A stretch of 64,000 bases of DNA from a virus. Lineage: Duplodnaviria; Heunggongvirae; Uroviricota; Caudoviricetes. The stretch is from the IMG/VR virus record IMGVR_UViG_2700989400_000004, positions 6,939 to 70,938 of that record, one strand, 5' to 3'. A program made the translations under genes and the position numbers. The notes under the pieces are model-generated. The model worked only from the letters and a program-made list of their open reading frames with translations. It was not told the DNA's origin and ran no database searches. Positions 18,567 through 27,727 of the stretch are shown here, piece after piece. Every line of letters starts with the position of its first letter. The first letter of the stretch is position 1.

Positions 18567-19240
18567 TTGTTATACCTCCATACTGAATGCATTTGCTTGA
18601 TATACGCGGGGCGCATTTGCTCTCTACGACTTAACAAACCAGCGATATCGTGATGTAAAATAGTGTTATTGCCTAAATAAACCATTGCGTGGCACGGATC
18701 AGCGCCTTTAAACGGCTGCCTGATGATCACGTCCCCCGGCTGAATACTTTGCGCGTCAACCTGGAAAAACCCGTTTAACGGCAAGTTTTTTAAATACAGG
18801 TTTTCACCACGTAACCACCACCCATCAACGCTTTCGAAGTCAGGCAGATCCACACCGCAAAGGTGATAAGCATCCCGAAAAAGCGTGTAACAATCAGTTG
18901 TCCCGTATATGAATTTTCGGCCTAACAGGTGCGCCACCGGACGGAATTTTCTAATCTTCCCGCCGGAGTATAAGAACCACGGCAGCCCGGAAATAACTTG
19001 CCGTTGTCGATCTATTGCCGACAACACCGGAACATCATCAACGTGAGAGTGAAAAACGGCAGTTATAACTCCTAACTCGTCCGCCTTGATGTAATCGTCC
19101 GGCGAGATTTTGAAACTGTTGCGCGGCGTTTCTGACACGTTAGCGCACGGGTAAAAATACTCGTTATCTACTACTAATCCGCAGACTTCCTCAAACGGGT
19201 GAGCGGCGGCATAACGAGACATTAAATCTTCCATCACCAT
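18509..19240 (-). CDS. K: tail assembly protein (lambda K-like; NlpC/P60 + JAB-type)
   Basis: …AAAHPFEEVCGLVV… and …HSHVDD… motifs as in K-family proteins; start placed at internal ATG 19240 to avoid long overlap with L. Confidence 0.6.
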   Translation of the reverse strand: MVMEDLMSRYAAAHPFEEVCGLVVDNEYFYPCANVSETPRNSFKISPDDYIKADELGVITAVFHSHVDDVPVLSAIDRQRQVISGLPWFLYSGGKIRKFRPVAHLLGRKFIYGTTDCYTLFRDAYHLCGVDLPDFESVDGWWLRGENLYLKNLPLNGFFQVDAQSIQPGDVIIRQPFKGADPCHAMVYLGNNTILHHDIAGLLSRREQMRPAYIKQMHSVWRYNKCSDLDLRAISEDITAKCV

Positions 19241-19242
19241 AA

Positions 19243-19947
19243 TCACCCTACCTTGCTGGAACCAGGGAAACAGGCGATCGGTAGCGCTGCTGGACGCGGG
19301 AAACGTAAACGACAACCGCTTAGGCGGTGACTGCATCTATCTAAATTCAGATCATTGGTTGGTACATCCTTATCAGTAGCCACCGGACCGCCAGAATACA
19401 TACATCCATCGCCCCTATATTGCCATTGACAAACATCCGCCAGGATAGTCCGGCCTGGGATAATCGCTTTATCTGCGTCAATCGGCGTTGATAACTCATA
19501 CTGAACCTGATCTGCTGTTTCTTCTGCCATTGCTTCAATGACGTAAAAAGATACAGCCTCAATAGATGGATCTGCGTCTGGATTGCCGTTAGGGAAGTTA
19601 ACGGCGTCCAGGTATTTAACCTCCACCTGGCGGCGCGTAACCTTCATTCCTCTAAGGTCGTTGAAATCGTTATTCATCCCCGTAATGAGTCCGCCGATAT
19701 TGGCTACAGCCATTTGAGGACGTGAATAAACGCCCTCGTTTTTCATTTCGAAGCCAGTAGCCTCGATCGGGTAGCTGTTGTAAGTTAATCCCTTCCAGAT
19801 AACCGGGCCGTAATAGCCATTCGCGCCGGAATGGAAGCGGATAACCTCGCCACCCAGGGGCGACAAGTCCAGTTCGAACAAGTCAATCACCGCGCCCACA
19901 CCAGCGTCCACGGAATCAATAATCATCTCTGTAGGTATATTGCGCAT
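19243..19947 (-). CDS. L: minor tail protein (lambda L-like)
   Basis: C-terminal Cys motif (…CQWQYRGDGC…CSHRLSGC…) as in lambda L; ATG at 19947 with GAAGGTGAG SD. Confidence 0.7.
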   Translation of the reverse strand: MRNIPTEMIIDSVDAGVGAVIDLFELDLSPLGGEVIRFHSGANGYYGPVIWKGLTYNSYPIEATGFEMKNEGVYSRPQMAVANIGGLITGMNNDFNDLRGMKVTRRQVEVKYLDAVNFPNGNPDADPSIEAVSFYVIEAMAEETADQVQYELSTPIDADKAIIPGRTILADVCQWQYRGDGCMYSGGPVATDKDVPTNDLNLDRCSHRLSGCRLRFPRPAALPIACFPGSSKVG

Positions 19948-20076
19948 TTTCTCACCTTCTGATTTTGTGATCTGCGTCACGCTAAATCATACCAAAATGG
20001 ATTGATCGCGGTTTATACAATATGTATATTTTACTCAAACGGAAGCACAGTTAACAAAATGGCGCGGAGGTGTGAG

Positions 20077-20232
20077 ATGGCTGATAAGGTGTGGAGGTTG
20101 AAGGTATTCCTGTCAGGTGGCAGGGAAATGACTGTAGCTCTGTATAAAGACGAAGGCGAGGCACTGACTGACGCGCTATTACTCACTGAAGACGAACGCG
20201 TTTTGGGGTACAGAATCGAACCTGTCAAATGA
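20077..20232 (+). CDS. hypothetical protein (moron, 51 aa)
   Basis: Opposite strand to tail operon; GGAGGTG SD 6 nt before ATG. Confidence 0.4.
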   Translation: MADKVWRLKVFLSGGREMTVALYKDEGEALTDALLLTEDERVLGYRIEPVK

Positions 20233-20244
20233 GAGGTTAACGAA

Positions 20245-20592
20245 ATGCAAAAATATAGTCTTGATGTGTGGTTAAGTGGTTGCAAGGAGTGTTTCGGATT
20301 ATTTGATAGCGAAGAGGCAGCTTTGGAAGAAGGAAGGATTCTTGAATGTAGTTTAGGCCATCCAGTGAAATATGCCGCTAATCCGGTGCAGATAATTGAT
20401 GAGGTGGAAAACATGAACCCGAAAGATATTAACTTTAACGTCAATGTTGAATTTGCTGATTCTATGGATCAGTCTTGCCCTGGTGAAATACACGTAAAAG
20501 GTTTCCCGGCAGACGACATGAAAGCGAAACATGAATACGAAAAAGCGGCGAAAGATTTCTGCATCGACAATCTGAGCGCGTTTAATAAATAA
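20245..20592 (+). CDS. hypothetical protein (moron, 115 aa)
   Basis: GAGAGG SD; protein-like translation. Confidence 0.45.
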   Translation: MQKYSLDVWLSGCKECFGLFDSEEAALEEGRILECSLGHPVKYAANPVQIIDEVENMNPKDINFNVNVEFADSMDQSCPGEIHVKGFPADDMKAKHEYEKAAKDFCIDNLSAFNK

Positions 20593-20601
20593 GGCGGCAA
20601 T

Positions 20602-20850
20602 ATGGCGCGGCGTAATCACGGGGATTATGTGTACACGTTGAAACAAGCCGCCCGCCTTATTGGCTATCATGAGCATGAATTTATTGATTTGCTGATTGAG
20701 CGCGGGATTCTGTACCAGGTTTGTTTAACGTTGTACCCAAAAGCTAAATACCTACAGGAAAAATTATTCATCATCATGACGGATGAAAACCAAGTTAATC
20801 ATTCATTCGTCACTGACAGGGGCGTTAATTATCTGCGTGATAACTTATAG
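20602..20850 (+). CDS. hypothetical protein, possible HTH (moron, 82 aa)
   Basis: AAGG SD; helix-turn-helix-like stretch YTLKQAARLIGYHEHEFIDLLIERGIL. Confidence 0.45.
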   Translation: MARRNHGDYVYTLKQAARLIGYHEHEFIDLLIERGILYQVCLTLYPKAKYLQEKLFIIMTDENQVNHSFVTDRGVNYLRDNL

Positions 20851-20859
20851 GCGGTAATT

Positions 20860-20931
20860 ATGGATGAAGTAATCGAAAATGTTTTGGTAGTGGCTGGCGC
20901 GATTGCCATCGTTTATGCCTTTCTGAATTAA
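20860..20931 (+). CDS. micro-protein, single hydrophobic helix (23 aa)
   Basis: MDEVIENVLVVAGAIAIVYAFLN; AGGCGG SD. Confidence 0.3.
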   Translation: MDEVIENVLVVAGAIAIVYAFLN

Positions 20932-20942
20932 TGGGGTGAATC

Positions 20943-21080
20943 ATGAAAATTGAAGTTTTAGCACTAATAGCAATGGGCTTGATAGTATTTGGCGTGCACG
21001 CTGCGGATTGGGACTGGTGCGCAATAGCTGAGAACATGGCGCACGCTCACCCAATAGGCTTGATGCACATGAACTTCTAA
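20943..21080 (+). CDS. small exported or membrane-anchored His-rich peptide (45 aa)
   Basis: MKIEVLALIAMGLIVFGVHA / ADWDWCAIAENMAHAHPIGLMHMNF: signal-peptide-like N-terminus with VHA-A site; GGGGTGA SD. Confidence 0.4.
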   Translation: MKIEVLALIAMGLIVFGVHAADWDWCAIAENMAHAHPIGLMHMNF

Positions 21081-21084
21081 CACG

Positions 21085-21110
21085 AAAAACCCCGCTTCGG
21101 CGGGGTGTTA
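21085..21110. terminator. intrinsic terminator (UUCG tetraloop hairpin)
   Basis: CCCCGC-TTCG-GCGGGG; T-run on minus side, A-run on plus side. Confidence 0.45.
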
Positions 21111-21124
21111 TAGGTAGGTGAGAC

Positions 21125-21301
21125 ATGAAAGAAGGTGTGACTTATCAGCATGTGTATACATTTGAAATTTACCGCATATGTGATGGTTATGTTGAAGAGT
21201 ATAAAATCTTCCCCCGTGGATACTGGAAGAGAGTTAAGATTTCTGTAAGGTTATTAAAGAAAATGTTTAAAAGAGGATTAATTCAAGAAATTGATTTTTA
21301 G
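21125..21301 (+). CDS. hypothetical protein (moron, 58 aa)
   Basis: AGGTGAGA SD; basic C-terminal half. Confidence 0.4.
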   Translation: MKEGVTYQHVYTFEIYRICDGYVEEYKIFPRGYWKRVKISVRLLKKMFKRGLIQEIDF

Positions 21302-21308
21302 TAAACAA

Positions 21309-21337
21309 TAAGGGGGTTACCCCCCTTATTGTTTTAT
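21309..21337 (+). terminator. intrinsic terminator ending plus-strand moron island
   Basis: AGGGGG-TTA-CCCCC hairpin followed by ttattgttttatttg. Confidence 0.45.
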
Positions 21338-21617
21338 TTGTCGTGACGACTTTCTATTTCATAGATGATCGCCATTCCTACCGCGATAATAAATACCATT
21401 ACCAAGCCATCAACCAGCATATTAAACGCCCTCAATCAAGAATAAATATTCCTTCCCTTCGTAAGATCTGCATCCCACATACCCGTCGCCGTAGTCATGC
21501 AGATACCAGGTGTTCCCCTTATCACTCACCACTGTGAGATTATCGATCTGGTAGTCTTCGAATAGCGTAAATGATTCATCGCCAGTCTTAACGCACATCC
21601 CGTACATATTGCCCCCT

Positions 21618-21971
21618 TTAATTCATCACTTGCTCAAACATCGCGGTTAGCGTGAATACGGGGCCATCCTTCGTCATGTTCCATTTTCGGCAGACAAAAA
21701 GCCTTTGCACTCCATCCATCGACGGCGACCAGTAAAACGCCTCGACCGCGCCGCGCGCCCGTAAAAACGCCTCCGCCTGGATCGCTGGATTGCCAGCGTC
21801 ACCGCATCCGGCGCTCGACCCCTTAAAAACCACGCTGTAATCGTCGAGCAAGGGATTAATCCCTTTAACCTGGCGTTGCTCATAGCCATCACCCAGCTTG
21901 ACGACCGACACGTTCGGCTCCCTGGTTACGCTGTAGCTACGCTGCGGCGTCCAGGTAAACACTTCCGGCAT
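21618..21971 (-). CDS. M: minor tail protein (lambda M-like)
   Basis: 117 aa; conserved …LGDGYEQRQVKGIN… and C-terminal …FEQVMN as in M-family proteins. Confidence 0.7.
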   Translation of the reverse strand: MPEVFTWTPQRSYSVTREPNVSVVKLGDGYEQRQVKGINPLLDDYSVVFKGSSAGCGDAGNPAIQAEAFLRARGAVEAFYWSPSMDGVQRLFVCRKWNMTKDGPVFTLTAMFEQVMN

Positions 21972-22004
21972 AATTCCCCCTATAAATTACATTTTGTATA
22001 CATC

Positions 22005-22030
22005 TTTACGCGCTTCTACGCGAAAAATGA
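22005..22030 (-). promoter_or_regulatory. conserved ~26-nt element upstream of M (copy 1 of 2)
   Basis: TTTACGCGCTTCTACGCGAAAAATGA here vs TTTACGCGTTGCTACGCGGAAAATAG at 35175-35200 upstream of portal; both followed (minus orientation) by SATGTATWCA then the start codon. Confidence 0.35.
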
Positions 22031-22140
22031 GAACTTCATCACAAGAATTATAACCAGTTTACAAAATGGCTTCACACAGGACGCAACAAGATGTATACAG
22101 AAAGCAAGAAGAAAAGCAGTACCAACAAAGGAGGCCCAAG

Positions 22141-22308
22141 ATGAAACGCAACGATAAACACTACGCGGTCGTAATGCTTAATAACGCATTTGAACAAGTA
22201 GAAGTGGCGATCGTTAAAGGCTTTGATGATGCATTCAAAATGGGCCAGTTCTACATGAACGTGAAGGAAAACGAATACCGGGATTTCTACCTGAAAGCGG
22301 TCAACTAA
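22141..22308 (+). CDS. hypothetical protein (moron, 55 aa)
   Basis: Strong AGGAGG SD 8 nt before ATG at 22141. Confidence 0.4.
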   Translation: MKRNDKHYAVVMLNNAFEQVEVAIVKGFDDAFKMGQFYMNVKENEYRDFYLKAVN

Positions 22309-22325
22309 GGATGATGGGGTGAGCT

Positions 22326-22580
22326 ATGAAACTGGTAGCGATTGATAAAAATTTGAAGGTACAGAAAAACGCGCAGGACCGGATCATCAAAAAGGGTAAG
22401 GCTTTATTAAATGCTTTCCTGAAAAAAGAAGCTCACCCCAAAAAGTTACGCGATGGTTACGGTTATAAATTTGATATCAACCCCGATTGGCGGTTATTCA
22501 GCGATGATTTGAAGGTGTGGTTAATTATCGAGCATCATTATTATAATGTTAAATGTGGGGTTAAGGGGGCGCATAAATGA
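22326..22580 (+). CDS. hypothetical protein (moron, 84 aa)
   Basis: GGGGTGAG SD; lysine-rich protein-like ORF. Confidence 0.45.
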   Translation: MKLVAIDKNLKVQKNAQDRIIKKGKALLNAFLKKEAHPKKLRDGYGYKFDINPDWRLFSDDLKVWLIIEHHYYNVKCGVKGAHK

Positions 22581-22814
22581 GATGGCGTGAATTACATAGC
22601 TACGGCATCCGGTTTTCCCTGGTTGTCCTGAAAGATTGGTTTAATCGCCAGGTGGCAAACGATGCGTTAATCCCGTTTGCTGATAACAAGCCTTATAAGC
22701 GCGATGGGGTGAGATATGGAAGATGATAAATTTACATGGCGGGAGATCTGGAATATTTGGCAGGTAATTTTCGGAAGGGGATATATTGCGCGGAATGGTC
22801 GATTGTAGAGGTAA

Positions 22815-22997
22815 ATGATGATTATTCATGAAACGGAAGAATGTCGGCGGATTAATCTTAGTATTGAGTATGACGAAAGATTATGGCTTGAAAGCGACTG
22901 CGAAATAATCGTAATAGACAAAAAGCAAGCCGCCGAACTGATAAGCGCATTACAGCTTTATGTAAACAACGAATTTAAAAATGACGAAGTTGAATAA
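22815..22997 (+). CDS. hypothetical acidic protein (moron, 60 aa)
   Basis: GAGGT SD; followed by terminator. Confidence 0.4.
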   Translation: MMIIHETEECRRINLSIEYDERLWLESDCEIIVIDKKQAAELISALQLYVNNEFKNDEVE

Positions 22998-23003
22998 AGA
23001 AAA

Positions 23004-23040
23004 CCCCCAGCTTTCGCCGGGGGTATTATTTTATTTTTTG
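23004..23040. terminator. bidirectional terminator between moron island and tape-measure gene
   Basis: CCCCC…GGGGG hairpin followed by tattattttattttttg. Confidence 0.4.
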
Positions 23041-25916
23041 CGCGGTTGTAACATGCCACCGGGGCGTGTGCTTTGTTCCCTAACTACCCCCATAGCCACG
23101 CGTTTCATTGTGTCTTCAAGTCTGCGGCTATCCTCATCACTAAAACCGTTTGTCGTTTGAACGGTAATACTAACAGGCATGTTGATGCTGCCACCACCGC
23201 CCAAGTCGCGGTTAGGAGTAATACGCCCACCTTCACCGGGGATTATGTACTGTTTCCCGCCAGTAGTGGTAAACAGCTCCGGTTTACCGTGCTCACCAAC
23301 CCTATAAAGATTGCCGCCATTAACCGCACCGCCGTTGTAGCGTCCGCCACCGAAAATGGACGTCGCCAGCGACATGATTGCAGACAATGCCGCCGCACCA
23401 GCCGCCGCCCAGCTACCGCCAGTTGCCGCCGCCGTCGCCGCCGCCGCCGGGGCCGCCGCCGCTGCAATCTGACCTTGCGCCGCTACCGCGCCCGCCGTGG
23501 TGCTGGCTTGCGTTGCCTTGCTCTGACTTTCCATCATGATTTGGTCGGCTATCCAGTTTGCTGCAATCTGAGATAAGCGGTTGCCTACCGTGCCGAGAAT
23601 GTTGCTACCCAGGTTAGCAAACATCTCGCTTAGGGATTGTGTGCCGTTGAGCAATCCGGTAATGGCGTTACCCATGCCGCTTGTTAAGCCGTTGACGCAA
23701 TCGCCGATAAGCGCGTTAGTGTCGCTTTGCGCTTGCCATTGCTCCCACTTAAGCGCGGTTAGCTGTTGTTCATAGGCTAACTCTTCCATTTTCAATTGGG
23801 CCTGTGTAGCGCCTAAATCAGTGAGCATTTGCTTTCTGATAGTCCATTCATTTTGCAACTGCTGAATAGGGTCTACCTGGCCTTTTTTCTTGTCTTCATC
23901 AGAAACAAGGCTATCCCATTTGGCTTGTTGTTCTTCCTCGCGTAGCTGTTTCAGCGTGTCAGACAACGCCTTGCTTGCGCCCTCCTTCGCGGCTGTATAT
24001 TCCAGATAAGTGATCTTACCTTGCTTGTACGCTGCATCCAGGGCTTTTTGTTCTTCGCCAAGTTTACGCATAGCGGCGGCGTCTTTGTTGTACTGGTCGG
24101 AAATATTTAAGCCTTCATCGCCTAACTTATCCCAATCGGATTTTTTCGACTTCTTGCCCTTCCCGTCCTTGCCGCCACTGCCACCGCTGCCGCTTCCCGT
24201 TCCGGTTGGTTTCGGCGGAACATATGTACCATTAATACGGGCTTGTGCTTCGTCGGCTTTCTCGTTGGCTTTTTCAAGGTTTTTATTAGCCGTGTCTAAC
24301 TTACCTTCTAAGGTCTTCTGAGTATCCCCGGCGACACCTAGCGCCGCTTTTGCAGGTCCGGCAATTTCTGGATCATCACTCTGCGCTAATTTTTCCAGGA
24401 TGGCGCGGTTTTTCACCATGCGATCCAGTTCGGCTTTTGCCTTCCGGGCGTTTTCCTCAATGTCTTTGAGTTGTTTGTTTATCTCAATCAAAGCCGCTTC
24501 CAGTTCATTTTTGCTCATATCGTCGAACGACATAGCCAATTCGTCGATTTTGGCTTTTGCGTTGGCGGCTTTCTCTTCAGTGCTTTCCATGTTAAGGATA
24601 AGCGTACCCAGGCAGATCGCAGCGGTCATGATTGCGCCAGCGGGGCCACCAAGTAACCCTAACGCGCCATTGAAGATCCGCATCCCGATGCTGGCGGCTT
24701 TTGCTGCTGTACCGGACGCAACGATTGCCGCGTTAGCCGTGGTGGCAGCGGTGCGCATAGTCGTGTAAGCGGCGGCGGTTTGCGCTTGCGCTACACGGAG
24801 GCGAGCAAGCGCGGCGGTGTGGGCGTTTGTACCCTGCGCGGCCTGGTAGTGGGCGCGGGCCTCCCCTTCTGCCTGCAATGCTGCTTTAAGTCCGGCGGCG
24901 GCTGTGTGTAGCTGCTGGCGTGCCAGGTTGGCTTCTGCTGCTGCCTGCTGCGCGGCGGCCTGTGCTGCTTTCTGGTTGGCGGCTGCCAGCCGGATGTTTT
25001 CCGCCGTTGCCTGGATGATGCCACCTAACGCCCGTCCACCCATTACAGCACCAAGTGCAATGGCGGAGGCGGTTACAACGTCCAGGTTTTCAGATAGGGT
25101 GATCAGCGTGCTGTTAAACGCGTTAATCCCGCTACGGATCACAGAGTTTTCACCAAAATACTTAGTCGCGTTGTTGGTGGCAACTGTGAAGGCATCCGAC
25201 ATAGTGATCGCCATATTGTCGAACTCTTTATCTACTTCGGACTTCATCGCCCGGACCGCTGCGATAATTATATCTTTCGTGATCTTGCCGTCCTTCGCCA
25301 TTTCACGCAATGCGGTACTGGATACGCCCATTGATTTTGCGATACCTTCCGCCAGGCGTGGCGCGTTCTCCATTACGCTATTGAATTCATCGCCGCGCAA
25401 TTCACCAGATCCCAAGGCCTGGGCCAATTGTCTGATCCCGCCTTCCATTTCGCTTGCGGATGCGCCGGACACCTGAAAGGATTTGTTAATCGTTTCCACG
25501 ATGCTTGCCAGGTCACGCCCGCTTAGTCCGCTGTCACGCGTTGCGCGTTCCAATTTGGAGTAAAGCGCGGCGGTCGCATCCAGTGGTGACATTGATTTCT
25601 GTGCGGCCTTAAAAACCCGGTTTGTAACTTCTTCCAGTGATTCATTTGACCGGACGGAGTTAACCAGCTTGTTGTTTACTTCTTGCCAGGCGTTGGCGTA
25701 CTCAATGATCTTTCTTGTCACCAATGCCGCACCAACCGCGCGGGCAACCGTGGATAGGCTCGCCAGGGATTTACTTGCCTTATCAGCGGCGGTGTCTACC
25801 CGTTGCAGGTCTTTTTCCATCGCTCCGGTTGCCTTGTCTACTTCTTTCTGTGCAACCAGTAGCGATCCGGTTTTGGCGTCGATCGTGTATTCAATCGCGC
25901 CTACATTTTTAGCCAT
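23031..25916 (-). CDS. tail tape measure protein
   Basis: ~960-aa coiled-coil Ala/Gln-rich ORF with Gly-rich segment; ATG at 25916 (MAKNVGAIEY…) with CGGAGA SD. Confidence 0.8.
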   Translation of the reverse strand: MAKNVGAIEYTIDAKTGSLLVAQKEVDKATGAMEKDLQRVDTAADKASKSLASLSTVARAVGAALVTRKIIEYANAWQEVNNKLVNSVRSNESLEEVTNRVFKAAQKSMSPLDATAALYSKLERATRDSGLSGRDLASIVETINKSFQVSGASASEMEGGIRQLAQALGSGELRGDEFNSVMENAPRLAEGIAKSMGVSSTALREMAKDGKITKDIIIAAVRAMKSEVDKEFDNMAITMSDAFTVATNNATKYFGENSVIRSGINAFNSTLITLSENLDVVTASAIALGAVMGGRALGGIIQATAENIRLAAANQKAAQAAAQQAAAEANLARQQLHTAAAGLKAALQAEGEARAHYQAAQGTNAHTAALARLRVAQAQTAAAYTTMRTAATTANAAIVASGTAAKAASIGMRIFNGALGLLGGPAGAIMTAAICLGTLILNMESTEEKAANAKAKIDELAMSFDDMSKNELEAALIEINKQLKDIEENARKAKAELDRMVKNRAILEKLAQSDDPEIAGPAKAALGVAGDTQKTLEGKLDTANKNLEKANEKADEAQARINGTYVPPKPTGTGSGSGGSGGKDGKGKKSKKSDWDKLGDEGLNISDQYNKDAAAMRKLGEEQKALDAAYKQGKITYLEYTAAKEGASKALSDTLKQLREEEQQAKWDSLVSDEDKKKGQVDPIQQLQNEWTIRKQMLTDLGATQAQLKMEELAYEQQLTALKWEQWQAQSDTNALIGDCVNGLTSGMGNAITGLLNGTQSLSEMFANLGSNILGTVGNRLSQIAANWIADQIMMESQSKATQASTTAGAVAAQGQIAAAAAPAAAATAAATGGSWAAAGAAALSAIMSLATSIFGGGRYNGGAVNGGNLYRVGEHGKPELFTTTGGKQYIIPGEGGRITPNRDLGGGGSINMPVSITVQTTNGFSDEDSRRLEDTMKRVAMGVVREQSTRPGGMLQPRKK

Positions 25917-26046
25917 AGCGTTGATCTCCGTTTTTGTGATCTGTGTAACTATTTTATACAAAATGGCTTTGCTTTAACGACTCCATTTTGTATAAAGAAG
26001 CCATAGGGAATAGGTAGTTAAACAAACAAGTTAAGTGGGGTGGGTT

Positions 26047-26229
26047 ATGAACGTATACGAAGCCATCAGAAATATTAGAAATATCGAGAAAAATGTAGGT
26101 AACGAGGCGGCGCAAGAAGAATGCAAAATGTACATGAAGAAGCTACCACGCCGTGAACAATTTGTTTTGGGTGGCCCTAGCCTAGCGATGGAATTCGCAA
26201 GATTAAGAAAAGAAATGCTCAATAACTAA
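26047..26229 (+). CDS. hypothetical protein (moron, 60 aa)
   Basis: GTGGGGTGG SD; charged helical peptide upstream of lipoprotein gene. Confidence 0.4.
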   Translation: MNVYEAIRNIRNIEKNVGNEAAQEECKMYMKKLPRREQFVLGGPSLAMEFARLRKEMLNN

Positions 26230-26247
26230 TATTTAACTGGGTGAAAC

Positions 26248-26985
26248 ATGAAAAACGTAATTAAAGCGGCTCTTATTGGTGTTATGGCTTTCGGTCTTGT
26301 AGGTTGCGCACCTTCATATTCAGAGCAAGTAAAAGCAATAGAAAAAGGCGTGCTAATGCTGGATAAAACGGGGGTTAACAAGGATGCATGGAAAGTAAAA
26401 GCAGATGATTATGTCGCCGATTGCAACAACCTTAAGAGATACAAAGGAAAAACAGGTGAAACCGCCGTACTATTATGCGAACTAATCATCAAAGAAGATG
26501 AACTAACAGAAAGCGGACTATATACAAGCGCGGCTAACCTCGGCGTCGATATAGCGGGCCTTTATGATGTACTAAGTAATAAAAATTCAGCCGCTGCATT
26601 ATCAGCCGAACGTGTAGCAAAACTTGTGATAAGTGCTAATAAGTCAGCATTTCGCAATAGACAACAAGTTATAGAAAATGAATGCCGCGGCTTTATGGAT
26701 AAAAACTTTAAAGGCTGGAGTGAGTTAAACCCTATAGATGACGAAATTTATAATAATTGCCGGAATGCCGCAATGTTCTCTGATGAAAGCAAAAACAGAA
26801 TGGGGAGCATAATTTCTACAACGCTCGCATATAGAGTAAGACACCTCGATCAAAAAACAAAAACAAATGTATTAACTAACGCATTCATAGCAGTTCAGGC
26901 AGGCTGGAGTATAGGGAATGGATATCACGCCGTAAAACCGACTCCGGCAGAACTACAAGCGATTGCGCTACGCGATGCAAAGTGA
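26248..26985 (+). CDS. lipoprotein (moron, 245 aa)
   Basis: Signal peptide plus lipobox MKNVIKAALIGVMAFGLVGC; GGGTGA SD; opposite strand to tail operon; followed by strong terminator. Confidence 0.6.
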   Translation: MKNVIKAALIGVMAFGLVGCAPSYSEQVKAIEKGVLMLDKTGVNKDAWKVKADDYVADCNNLKRYKGKTGETAVLLCELIIKEDELTESGLYTSAANLGVDIAGLYDVLSNKNSAAALSAERVAKLVISANKSAFRNRQQVIENECRGFMDKNFKGWSELNPIDDEIYNNCRNAAMFSDESKNRMGSIISTTLAYRVRHLDQKTKTNVLTNAFIAVQAGWSIGNGYHAVKPTPAELQAIALRDAK

Positions 26986-26992
26986 CACAAAC

Positions 26993-27017
26993 GCCCGGTT
27001 AATTCCGGGCTTTTTTC
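26993..27017 (+). terminator. intrinsic terminator after lipoprotein gene
   Basis: Perfect GCCCGG-TTAATT-CCGGGC stem-loop followed by T6. Confidence 0.55.
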
Positions 27018-27691
27018 TGTTTTAATTTTTTCATTCTTTCCAGTGCCTTTCTTGCGGCCTGCATCCCATCGTCATAAGCCTTTTTATCTATGGCGGCATC
27101 TGGTCGTCTTTTCTCGTTTTTCGCTTCTGGCGGCGTTTTAGCGCGTACAGCGGCCCTATATCCGGTCATGGTCATGGCCCATGCTTCTGATTCAGATAAT
27201 CCCAGGTGAGCAACGGCGGAATAAACGTAATCAAGAACATCGAACGTTGATTTATATTCCCCTTCCTGCTTATCAGTTTGTTGTTTGCTGCCGGGAATAT
27301 CACCGATTAAACCGTGGTACATGCAATGCTGCGCCAGCGTGATGACGTCCTGAGTTGGCAGCAAGCCAGGGCGTAAACGTAATTTACCCGCCGGAGTAAA
27401 TCTACATTCGCCCACCAGCGGCCCTATTTCGCTTTCTGCGCATGATTTCAGGATGTGTATAGACGTTTGCACCAGTTCACCATAACACCGCGCCAAAACC
27501 CGTTTACGAAGCTCTGGATCGGTAGGGAAGATCTTCGGATACCTTCCACCATGAACAATGGCAAAGTAGCGCACCAGTTCGGAATCATCACCGATCCGCG
27601 CCATAGCTGCGAAGGATGGATTAAATATATATGCGCGACCATCAACCTTAATTTCAAATTGTCCAGTTCGAACATGAATCATAATCATCAC
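26999..27691 (-). CDS. putative tail assembly chaperone
   Basis: 230-aa ORF immediately upstream (in transcription order) of tape measure; basic C-terminal tail. Confidence 0.4.
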   Translation of the reverse strand: MMIMIHVRTGQFEIKVDGRAYIFNPSFAAMARIGDDSELVRYFAIVHGGRYPKIFPTDPELRKRVLARCYGELVQTSIHILKSCAESEIGPLVGECRFTPAGKLRLRPGLLPTQDVITLAQHCMYHGLIGDIPGSKQQTDKQEGEYKSTFDVLDYVYSAVAHLGLSESEAWAMTMTGYRAAVRAKTPPEAKNEKRRPDAAIDKKAYDDGMQAARKALERMKKLKQKKARN

Positions 27692-27727
27692 CCTAAAAGA
27701 AAGGGGCCGTTTGGCCCCGTTGCGTTG

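Noticed and set aside
24904-25476. 190-aa plus-strand ORF and other Ala/Arg-rich ORFs inside the tape-measure gene
   Set aside because: Antisense or off-frame to the tape-measure coding sequence; composition mirrors its Ala/Gln repeats
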